Origin: Tubiluchus corallicola
Lineage: Eukaryota; Animalia; Priapulida
NCBI GenBank assembly: GCA_030141605.1
Contig: JAQGDQ010000068.1
Span: 669,034 to 733,033, forward strand
DNA: 64,000 nucleotides
Direction: 5' to 3'
Every line of letters starts with the position of its first letter. The stretch's first letter is position 1. A program made the position numbers and the translations under genes. The notes under the pieces were generated by a model. That model was not told the DNA's origin. It ran no database searches and worked only from the letters and a program-made list of their open reading frames with translations. Of the stretch, positions 29,201 to 39,642 are shown piece by piece.

Positions 29201-32200
29201 CTTATTAGCCCTTAATCTTCTAGGAACAACATATATAACACTTTATCTAGAAATGAAAACGTAATTTGTAACAAATTTCAACGTGTTTTAGTTCTGGTAG
29301 CAAGGACCTACCACCACTACTTGTCTCACAGGTACTAACTCAACTGACAATTACATGGCCATACCTCGTATTTTAATGGACAAGGTTTCCTTCATATGTT
29401 CTACTACATGGCTTAACCATGCTAATGGAGAGGCTTAAAATATTGTTAGCAAGGAGTTCCAAGACCAGTGAGACCACTATTGAAATCCCATGTTTCTTGT
29501 GACTATATTTCTTGAATACCTTTTTTAGATCAGCAAAGTGCTAAATTCATTTCAAAAAACTATCATATAAGCAGGTCCTAAAAGTAAGCATTCTACCCAC
29601 TGCACAAGCTCACTAGTCAGTACTTTTACTACAAAAGTATCTGTAATATAAAGGTACTCTACTTAACCTACAAAGAGCAAATAGATCTAATTCAAGATTA
29701 ATCAAAATTCATTCCAACAGCACATTCTTGTCAAACAAAATCATAATCAGCTAAATGATAATTTCATGCAGTCTCAGCCAAAAAAACAGGATTGTTCCGA
29801 CATTTTGGTAAGTTTGATTAAAATACATGAAAATAAAATCTGATTTTAAGTCTAAAACTAAATTCTTAAATAATATGCTATAGCATACACAACAGATATA
29901 AAACCCATATTCGGAAAATAGCAATAAAAACCTATACCTAAAAAATAGCAATGGTGTATACACGACAATTATCGTCAGTCGTATATGTGTAATGTAAAAC
30001 ATAAAAAGACAACATTTTAGTATAAATAACCAAAAAGTATACAGGATTACAGTAATTATCAATGTTTAACTTTATACCTTGGCACTCATGAGCATTCTGT
30101 GTGGTTGCAATCATCCAGGGATGATCATTAAACAGTGGCAAACATTCCTCGCAATGAATACCTTGAGTATTATGCTCACACGTACATTCTGCCAAATTCT
30201 GCACAAAATATATCATTTTTAACGCACTAGTATCATGCCTCCACCCCCACCCTCATCTATATAAACAGCGAAAGCCATAACAAGTGTTTTCCAGTCAATT
30301 TTAAAGCTTATTATGAAGAAAAAAATAGCACAGCAGAAGCATTATATAAAACAGAAAAATTGAAGCTTTCTGCTAGTGTAATTCAGGACTCCTGGCAGTT
30401 GTGTATATAAAGCTTTTCTAGCATCTATTAATAACATTTGTTTTGAAGCAGGCTGATCGACTTCTGCTTTTTTTACTCAAACTGTCTTAAAAGAACGTAT
30501 AATCAGTATCTGCAATTAAATCTAAATCTAAAAAAGTCATACAAATTTAATAAATGTCCACACAAAACATATATTGTATCCACAGTAAGAGTCTTCACTA
30601 CCAAAATTGTTAACTGATGAACATGTACTTATCGTGATCTGTGTTTGATTGATCAATGCTAAAAACACAAGCATTTTTAACTTTTCTCATACATTTTAGT
30701 GCATTTAATCAGCTATTTTATTTTTATTCTCTGACCACAATGTTTCAAGCATTGATAAACCACTGTACAAACCAGCTTCATTGACAAGTGATTAGCTTCA
30801 TCTTACAGCACTTACAGCAGTAATTTTCAAATTGGTCTTTTTCCAAATAAACTGACGATAATGGTTGGAAAAAATGGAACAGGTTTGTTCCAATTAAGTT
30901 AACAAGGGAAATAGCATAATTGCAAAAGCAATGAATATTTACGAAAATGTACAAGGCAACGTGTGGTGGGTACAATGCCACCATTCTTCCAAGCCTACCT
31001 CTCCGGAACATTCTCCCGCATGACCAAAGCAGTTACAAGCACCCAACACCTGCATATCGGCTACAGCATAGTAAGATCTCAATGGACTCAGGTCAGCCGG
31101 ACGAATGAGACGTATTCGCAGTCCAGTCATAAGGAGACTTCGGTATAAACGTGGATTCGATTTAATCTCCTCCCCAAAATCAGCTGCAGGGTTATAGATA
31201 ACCTACAACAATATTGAACATATATAGTATCAAAAATGCTGTAACTAACTCGATTTATTAGATCTGTAATTATACTTATCAATAACAAAGCTTTACATAT
31301 CACACATAGCAACAGCAATTTCTTTTGTTTTGTTTTTCTTCATGTTAAGATATATTAACATAAATACATTTCCTTTTGAAAGAAATATCTTTTATGTGCA
31401 ATGAAACTGCAATTTTTCGAAATGCTGAGTGATGAAATCTTGACACAAATCAATGAAATGTCTTGTTGAAAAAACTTGTACCACTCAATTAAAATAAAAA
31501 TTTAAAAGGAAATGGCCAAAGAGTGATTTAAATTACAATGTCTTATGTTCACAAATGTAACCTACCCAAGAACGGCAAATAAACTACAATATTGCGTGAA
31601 AACTGTGAAGAGACAACGAGAAAAGAGAATTCCAAGAAAAATTAAGTTTGCATATAAAAATTGAAGTTGTACATCTTCATAAATAGATTTTTAAAATGAC
31701 AATGGATACTGATAATGGCAATAACGGTAGCATCAGCTACAGTAGCAGCAACTACATAAATAAAACCAGTATAAAAGGACAGTTAAAGTTGTGGCCACAC
31801 ACCTGTTGAAGAAATCCCTGTCGTTGAGTTAAAAGATGCTCACTATAATATCGTTCTGCGCACACAACAACAAGTGGATTAGCAACAGTCCCTTCTCTTG
31901 CAACTTGTGGAAAATATCGGCGGCAGTTTTGCGCATAATAACGTAATGGCAACCATTGCCCGGACATCTGTTTCTCGATCACCAAAGCAATAGGGCGGGC
32001 ATCCACAACTGACACGTTGGATGCTTGGTCATATCCAGGTGCAATAAATGTAATTTGAACGTAAGCTACAAAAAACTCATCACCTAACGTCAACTGTAGC
32101 ACTTGTTCACTCGGACGAAATTGATTTCCAACGACTGTGTTCTGCGATTGCCAATATGTGTCCAATGCAGGATTACTTATTGGAATATTACTGGATACTC

Positions 32201-32480
32201 TGTCATAAATAAATGCAGCCTCTCTTTCTAAAGGCTGACACATGAACTTAACCGGGTCTATGCTCAGTTGTAGTTGATATTCGGTAGCATCGGGATCACC
32301 GCATGTTGAGGTAACACTGAATTCTCGAGCTGAGAAAGTCCTCAAGTTTTCTAGCAGGTCCACAAATGGCGGAAAACAACTCGTCCGGTTCGTGCAAAAT
32401 TGAGCTGAAGTTTTATCGACCAGAAATGCAATGAAAATAAAAGCTGATAAGTAGGCAGTCATTTCACCATTCGGAAGCAT
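6085..32480 (-). CDS. Laminin chain with beta/gamma-like hybrid architecture (signal peptide-LN-LE x4.5-LF-LE x4-L4-LE x6-coiled coil), ~2132 aa, 23 coding exons
   Basis: Exons (minus): 31803-32480, 30999-31202, 30078-30198, 28982-29155, 27393-27419, 26435-26593, 24941-25053, 24403-24624, 23542-23697, 22385-22511, 20614-20711, 19097-19277, 18666-18775, 15678-15846, 15198-15321, 14422-14564, 13564-13789, 10901-13364, 10402-10682, 9523-9664, 8299-8475, 7548-7710, 6085-6224. All are GT..AG and phase-consistent, totalling 6399 nt and ending ...PLSAICQTP*. The start codon could be 32480 or 32462. Confidence 0.92.
6362..7196. mobile_element. Non-autonomous hAT-like MITE in the last laminin intron
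   Basis: Terminal inverted repeats TAGAGGCC...GGCCTCTA and a subterminal inverted pair ttcagctgagct/agctcagctgaa. The 8-bp flanks ataataac and gtaatcac match 6/8, consistent with a decayed 8-bp TSD. Confidence 0.65.
10901..13364 (-). CDS. Laminin giant exon (2464 nt): L4 (IV type A) domain, six LE repeats and first ~290 aa of coiled coil
   Basis: Corresponds to ORF 10877-13360: APSDYLGNERSAYG...VLTNITAIRIRARY...VELCICPDEYDGNSCE (L4 inserted in an LE), LE repeats, then FPNCEPCGECYDNF and heptad-rich helix. Acceptor tttAG ends at 13365; donor GTATGT at 10900. Confidence 0.95.
16146..16300 (+). repeat. Second, headless copy of the SINE-like body
   Basis: gctgatttgcatggtcaacgtgaatttacagaaatcgtcagataaacgtgcaggaacagcaaaaac...cttgtgtcctcca aligns by eye to ~17535-17645 with scattered mismatches. 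Confidence 0.7.
17430..17695 (+). mobile_element. Probable tRNA-derived SINE (B-box head plus body)
   Basis: Pol III B-box GGTTCGAGACC at 17455-17465, followed by the hairpin gggggcag..ctgccccc. The body (~17530-17690) recurs, diverged, at ~16146-16300. No clear A-box. Confidence 0.5.
17965..18165. repeat. Compound (TA)n/(TG)n/(CA)n microsatellite
   Basis: Directly visible dinucleotide runs; source of the Y/I-rich spurious ORFs. Confidence 0.95.
27393..27419 (-). CDS. 27-nt laminin microexon encoding (D)YDCAKRCI(P)
   Basis: ttttatttgcAG|ATTATGATTGTGCAAAGAGATGTATTC|GTGAGT. Phase 1-1, in frame with both neighbours, and yields the LE-type ending RCIPCNC. Confidence 0.8.
31803..32480 (-). CDS. 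Laminin first coding exon: signal peptide and most of the laminin N-terminal (LN) domain
   Basis: Hydrophobic leader MTAYLSAFIFIAFLVDKTSAQ, then SCFPPFVDLL, VTSTCG, TYWQSQN, RPIALVIEK and WLPLRYYAQNC. Donor CAG|GTGTGT at 31802. Confidence 0.92.
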
Positions 32481-33339
32481 TTTCTTCAGCGATACATGCA
32501 TAGTATAGCAGCAGCTGCACACAATTTTAGCAATTCCTTTTCTTTCCTTAACCAGCATCATTGTACTACTTCATATACAACACATTAAATTCACTTTGTT
32601 CCAGCTTTTCACGCTGAAACACAAGCAATTCACGTCTGCAAAGTACCATAAAACGAATGACAGACTCCAAGCAAAAACATATAAAATTTTTAAGAAAAAA
32701 TATTGCAATCTTAAAAGCATGTACTAAATGTAATGGATAAGTGCAAGTGTCACAGCTATTTTTCTGGAAGGAATTTCATCAGCTCTGTCACATGACACAA
32801 CTGTGCAAGGGAGTGTCAAGCACATAATGCATGGGTGGCAGCTGCCAGGTCTGCATACTCATTAAAAGATGAAGGCGCACGAAGGCTTAGACAGACATTT
32901 TTCACTCATTAATACAATGAGCAGTTGGGCACTTTTACTTAGCTGTACCAGCGCAAGCATGACAAGGTAGTTATGATGAATGGTAGAATGAAATCTGTTT
33001 TAGTATATGGGAAAAGTGAAATTTTGGAAGCGCAAATTCAAATACCAATGAAAAGGCAACTAATACATAAAGACATTTAGAAAAAATTACTAAACATAAA
33101 GTTATAAAATTTCATGATTTTATTTTCATACAAAAACAGCAGAAAAAGCAAAACGTACAAACGTTATACTCACATATATAATGTAAGAATAAATTTACAA
33201 AAAAGAGGAATTTTTGTAATACCAAGAAAACAGAATCAGTAAGTTTTTCAAGTTCACTTGATACAGTGAGATCTTACACAAGCTGAGCAATCCACAGCCA
33301 CAAAAATGACAGAAAATGGTTTTAAAAATAATTAAATTA

Positions 33340-33342
<3 letters not shown>

Positions 33343-33402
<60 letters not shown>
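33343..33402. repeat. (GA)n microsatellite about 0.9 kb upstream of the laminin start
   Basis: About 30 perfect GA units. Confidence 0.97.
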
Positions 33403-33407
<5 letters not shown>

Positions 33408-33857
33408 ATATAATAATAATAGAAGTATTCTGCATACATATACTCCTACATGACTAGTGTAGCAGTAATTTATACATATAATGACATAGCACGTGCAAGT
33501 ATAACTTTTATAAGCACACCTATCTCCGGTGTGGAGGTTCCTGTTGTGACCAGGCATGTTATTGTGACATGGTGCTATGTGCTTCTGCGCAAATTCTGCG
33601 TTTACCTAGGCTGTTGTTGTTGTGGTAGAAGTACGGTGTGCATTGTGCAATGTCCTTGGTATGGTCTGGGTTGTTGTTGATTTATGTGCTTGACAAAATT
33701 CATTTGCAGAGTTTCACTAAAACTGCAAATTGTTGCTTTGCTATTCAGTTTTCTGTATGGTTAACCTCAGAAATTAAGGAAAAATTTCTTTAGCTTACAT
33801 CTACGAAAACTATTTTAACACAATGTATTAAACATCCATATAAAGTTTTTTGCCATG

Positions 33858-34129
33858 TTAAAAGGAAAGGCCAAGCCTTCTAGGAGGTTAGACTTATTTC
33901 AAAGTTCGCAAAAAACGTTAGAAGGATTTAGTACTAAAACTGCAACAAGCGTCTCGTGTAACTCACATTAAAATCATGATCACTTTATGCTTGGGCGCCG
34001 CCATTTTCAATGCCCATTAGTCTACCAATTACATTATTTGTCTTGAGGAAAAGTAGCACACTGTCAATCTTCACCAAAAGTATAATAAGTTTTACAAAAA
34101 AATCAGATAGCTAATTTCCCTTTCTTTAA
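33858..34129. mobile_element. Possible Kolobok-type non-autonomous element (TTAA-flanked)
   Basis: Begins ttaaaaggaaagg and ends ccctttctttaa (imperfect inverted ends), with internal ggcgccgccatttt. Classification is inference only. Confidence 0.35.
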
Positions 34130-34564
34130 CTGTATTAGCAAAAAAGATTCGAGATTATGGTATCGAAAGTTGTCCAATCCTATATCTCACTGACGCATAT
34201 CAAAATTTTTACAAATCAGTACGTCAACATTCAAAATCCACCTAAAGCAACTGCATAATCATCACTAAATTTTCTTAGTGTGATAATCTGCCCATAAGCT
34301 AAGTTTGTTTCAGTTTACGTAAATGCGGTCAAGAGATTTTTGGTAATCTTTCATCTAATCTACTGTTGTTTCTGAATCTGTTTGTTAAATACAGTTTCGT
34401 ACATCTGTATTAGGTTTTGAATTACTTATTGGAATTTAGTTGTTGCAAAATGGCAGTATAAAAATTTTCTATTTCTAAACTTATGCCACAAAGTAACGTC
34501 AAAAACTGTTTTTCTTTCTTTATAAATTGTGTGCAAATACACATAATAATGAAATAATATATGG

Positions 34565-34566
<2 letters not shown>

Positions 34567-34608
<42 letters not shown>
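34567..34608. repeat. (TA)n microsatellite
   Basis: Perfect TA run. Confidence 0.95.
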
Positions 34609-34611
<3 letters not shown>

Positions 34612-35379
34612 TATGTACCTATTTTGACTTCCATTTTGTTTTTTTGCATGTTTGTTTTTATGCTGATTTTCTAGTAGTCCCTACGCACAATATAAACATA
34701 TAATGCATGCAATAGTTGTGCAGAGTGGATATATTTAAAGCTTTGTGGAAACTGCAAATGTGGTATTTCTTGGACATAACTCTTTTACTGCATGTAGGTT
34801 TTACTGATAATAATGGCCAGTTATAATTATGCATGTTCAGTACCATTTTTTCCATACACTTGAGTGAATACACAGTAATGTAAATATTCTGCACATACTT
34901 CTATCTTAATAAATTATACTTCTGTATAGTGTTTTGTACTTTCGCAGTTTAAATAATTATGCAATTTGCTAACTTGGGCATTTTGTGGTATTCTGCTTCC
35001 ATTTCGATTTTTTAGTTCAATATACAGGAATAAAACTTATCTTGAAATGAAATCTTACATAATAAATACAACAAACAATTTAAGCCAAATCCCTTGCTAG
35101 TAGCAGCCAGTACTATTACAGTATCCATTAAATGCGTGGTACAACTTGGTGCTACGTAAGAGACCTACTAGATATTATGTCAATAAAATTTGAAAACTGT
35201 TGTACAGTACAACTGCACATTACCTCGCATCACTCAGAAAAAACAGAACATGCAGCGACAATAACACTTACTTTACATCGTTCACTTGAAATGCAGCATT
35301 TCACTGAGTAGCTGCTTGCAAATACTGCAGTTTCAAACATGTGATAATATTTAAAGATGTATTGCAGTAAAGACATCAT

Positions 35380-35385
35380 TTTATT
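35380..35385 (-). terminator. Candidate AATAAA polyadenylation signal of PFDN6
   Basis: tttatt on + lies about 30 nt downstream of the PFDN6 TAG. Confidence 0.5.
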
Positions 35386-35414
35386 CAAATTCTCACACAT
35401 TCGCTGTAATTATA

Positions 35415-38400
35415 CTAAGCTTTCATCGCAGCCTTCACTTGCGCTTGTTGAAACTGGTGCTGTAGCTTCGATAAGGTTTCGCGATGTGTGTCCTGTTTCT
35501 TTTCCAAATCTTTTATTGTGGTTTCAACACGTTTTCTGCAAATTTAAATGATTTTTTGGCATTAGCCTTGTTAAAAGATATTTTGAGGTTAACTGATACT
35601 GTTTGGTTATAATTTGCAAAACAAATTTAACTCTTCTTATCTTTCAGCAAAATAAGATAAGGCTACTGTTTGGTACACGAAATATCACATGAAAACCTCA
35701 ACTTTTAACTGTGAAAGAAGGTTATTATAGTTTCATTGCTTGTATTCACTTTTCAAGCAAAAGAAAAATTTCAGAATACTAAAACAACCAAGCGTATCAC
35801 ACTGCCAGTTTTTAAACACACACAATTATACTTACAATTCACCGCTAATATAGTCTATCCGTTTTATCACATTTTGCTTTGCTTCGTCCAGATCTTGTTT
35901 AACCAGAACTGGTCCAAGCATTTTGTAGACGGTGGCATCATCTTCTAAGAAATCAAGTTCCTATTCAACAAAAATTTAACAGCACGTAAGAGTATAATAC
36001 AACTGTCAATTGTTTCATTTTAACGTATCTGCTTAGGAACGAAAATATTTAGAGTGTATACAAAAAAGAGCTACAAGTGTGCTAAATGTTGAATCTTTAA
36101 AATCAAGACGTGAAAGGTTAATTACTGTACCAAATACATCATTAAACTAATTAAATCTGATACTGCACTGTTACTAAAACTACATTATTCAAATAAAAGA
36201 GGCTACCAGTTCACCCTGTCAAAAGGGAGAAATAGCAGATATAAAAATAGTATAACATCAGCTGCTGCTCTATCCAGTACTAAACATTTCCATCAGTTGT
36301 AAATGTTTACTGAATAGAATAACAGTTATAAAATACATTGATTAATTAATATGAAGAATGTGTAATTCGTGTGTTCTGTGTCCAATCTTGAGTTGTTTTT
36401 TTTTTGTAAATGTGATTTTACATTACTTTATTGTAACACTAAAGCACACTTTTATAGTTTAAAATGTAATCAATAAATATATCGAAATGGACATGATCAA
36501 ATTCAACAGTTGAGTATGCAGTATGAATATACTAGTTAGATATCTGTATTGCTTATGAAATCGTTATTTTGTTAATGAACAGAAGTACTATACAGACCTC
36601 TTTCACAATTTGGTTTTCATTTAGCTGAGCCTCCAGCTGCTGCCGCTGACTCAAAAACTTCTGAAAATCTGAAAGTAAACAGTCAGGAAACATAAAAAAT
36701 GAAATGATAGCAAACAATTAGCATACTAGTGTTGGGAATCGGTCTCATTCCTAAGATTGATCATTGGCCTTCAATTACGATCCCTAATCGAATAATTATC
36801 GATCGCAGTATTTCGTACAGTTGTGTCAGTGTAAAATATTATATTAGAACATTAGCTGCCTATTGTTTCACTCTTGTGCCTCAATGTGGGAAATCAAGTA
36901 AGAATGTCACAAAGCGGTAAAATCTACCCACAGATATCCCATGTTGAACCTTGCTGTAAGCTGCACTGCTTCAGTGTCAATCGTCAACAAATTCTTTTGC
37001 TAAGTACCTGTTCTATTTGTACCTGTACCTGTATAAGGTATCACGCATATTTATAAAATATTTTACTAACGACATTTGTTGCTATCGACACTGCAATTAA
37101 ATGGCAAAATCGGGTGGGAAATTGTGAAAAAACTTACACTTATTGTATTAAAAAATCATTGATTATGTGAATTTATAATCGGATGCTTAACCGAACGTCA
37201 TGGCTGGCATTAACATCAAAGACATTGAATGTGTATAGTGATGCACCAAATCCACTTTTCTCGGATAGGCAAATTGGAAGAAATTTGAATTGAATCCGGG
37301 TAGCATCTGCCAAATCCGAATATTACTTTTTAATTTACTACACCAGGATTTCGTATGATTTCACTTTAATTTACTACTTCTTGGACTTTGCTGCTAAGTG
37401 CATACGTACATTTTCCTGTTTGTAACAAACTTCAATTTGTTTAACCTGTCAAGCTCTAAAACCTAAATACATTATTAAACTGTGTGCATGTCATGACTAA
37501 GTACAAATGTATGCTCTCAAATTCCAGGCAGGTACTTTTATACTCAAAAAAACTTCTAAATCATATCAACTTGAATTTGTCCACAAAAAATTAGAAATTT
37601 TAACGTTTGCCTTGTAGAGTATTTTAGCATTATCAATTTCATCAGAATTAAACACCACCGTACTGTGGCCACCTGCCCGAAATTATTAAAGTTAAATTAA
37701 ACTAAGCAAGCAGGTGGGCAGATAATACTTGATGTTTGCCAATGATGGATCTGTAAAATATTCGTCGGAGAGAAATCACACATTAAACATTAAAAGCCAA
37801 TTTAAGCTACATATTGAAGTTGTCTGAAGTTTACACAAAACAGTTTAATGTGCTTCCTCAGGGTGCTTGGTGAAAATGCAGATGTGAAATACCGACCAGA
37901 TTTCAAGCTTATCCACGACAGAAACTTCTATGCTGGAATCAGTCAGTGAAGCCAACCAAGAATGTACTGGAATCAGTACATGGCAGCATGAAGATGACAA
38001 ATCACATGGAGAAGGAGACCCGGTCAAATCTCCCAATGAAAGCCAGGGTACTAAATGGGCACTAAAGCTTGCATCTCGGAATTGTACAAAGAAGGTACTG
38101 TACCTGTCAGTTTAGAGGTGTTCGAATGTGACATAGTGCACACGTTCAAGAGCTCATGCGTGAGCACAGTGGTAAACTTGAAATTTGAATTGGAATTCTT
38201 GTATATCGCACTGAACCTCGTACAATAGCACCTTACTTCAATTTTCCCGTTCGCAAACACACGCATAATGCTCATGGAATGTCTGTGCTGTTGAAAATTA
38301 CGTTAAGTAGTGATGCCATTGCCTGGGCTTACCTGTTGTTAATTAAATTTTTAATCTACCATTCAATTATCAGAAATGCTTTGGTATTATTACAGGAGTT

Positions 38401-39621
38401 AAATTTTCTTGTGTTAACATTTGAAGAAGTCTTTGAGCATCATAACATTTGAAATATGTAGGTGAATTTATTTCTCCCAAACAAATTTGACTGATTTAAA
38501 GTTTTCTAATTTCTACAGTTCAATTTTTTAAATATGAGCCAATGCCTGAAAACTTGAATGATTGGGTCCTTAAATTTTAACGTGGATGATCTTAATTGCC
38601 AAAATCCGATAACTGGTAGATTGCAGTTTAGATGGGTATTTTTTAAGGCACTCTCACATCGCCCAAATCAGAAATAACGCTGAAAGCAGGGCTATAATAA
38701 AAAGATGCATCCTTTATCTGCACATTGATGTAAAGAAAAGTTGAAACATAACTCCTATTTATAAAAAATAATTTTAAAAAACTTACTGTTAGCATCGCGA
38801 GAACAGACTAAGATTGAGCGATCTCATGAAATATTTTCATATGGGAGTTAGAGAGAGCATTATTTTTTATCTACAACTGTGCACCACAGCCTAGGAAATA
38901 ACCGCGCTTCACCAAAAAAGAGCGAAAGTGTAAACTTACTGAAAGAGAGCTTCAGGCGAATTTTCTCAACATGCGCCATTTTGCAGCATCTGTGTGTGCT
39001 AGTAACTTTCTTTCTCTTTCGAAACGTGGCGCAACCAGCAAAGCAGGGTTGCGGTTTATAGTTATACAATAAATTATGTAATTAATATTGGAACATAAGA
39101 TAATTTGAGGCTTCATGCCATATAAATAAGGTGACGGTATGAAGATTGTTAATTAGTTAGTTAGCTATCTAAGCTAGTCGATCAATTATTTTTGGCAAAG
39201 TTGCAGTAAGGCAGGTTGGGTTACACAGCTTGGCGTTCTTAGCGGCTTGGCGATGGAGTGGGAGAGGGAGGTTTGGAGTGGGGACGCGTAAACTGCAAGT
39301 ACGCCTCCGATAACAACTACATAACTTATTAATAATGTTGTTTATATCTTCTTCTTCGTAATAGCTCGTTAACTTCATCAAACTGAAGCTAATACTATAT
39401 AGTAACACTAGTATAGTAATATAAATCTAACACATGAAAATTTTATGTTCTACTACTACTCCTAGTACATGGCTGCGCTCTCAAGTTTGTAAATATTGCG
39501 CTAGCATGAAACTGCATCCATTGCTATAACATAACAACAAACGCCTTACATAATTACCTTTTTGCACTCCTTTATACTTTTCTACCTCGGTTTGTAATCT
39601 TTTCTGCAATCCTTCCGCCAT
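35415..39621 (-). CDS. PFDN6: Prefoldin subunit 6, complete, 126 aa, 4 exons (absent from the ORF track)
   Basis: Exons 39558-39621, 36598-36668, 35836-35960 and 35415-35535 are GT..AG and total 381 nt: MAEGLQKRLQTEVEKYKGVQKDFQKFLSQRQQLEAQLNENQIVKEELDFLEDDATVYKMLGPVLVKQDLDEAKQNVIKRIDYISGELKRVETTIKDLEKKQDTHRETLSKLQHQFQQAQVKAAMKA*. The VYKxxGPVLVKQ and KRxDYI signatures identify PFDN6. Confidence 0.96.
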
Positions 39622-39642
39622 TTTATTTGCGCACTTTGTAGG

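Noticed and set aside
30610-30640. CTGATGA as a possible hammerhead ribozyme core (other CTGANGA hits also inspected)
   Set aside because: No stem II followed by GAAA and no closing helices were found by eye.
37862-38115. Coding-looking plus-strand stretch (MLESVSEANQEC...) in PFDN6 intron 1
   Set aside because: In-frame stops after the best acceptor, no recognisable domain and no partner exons found.
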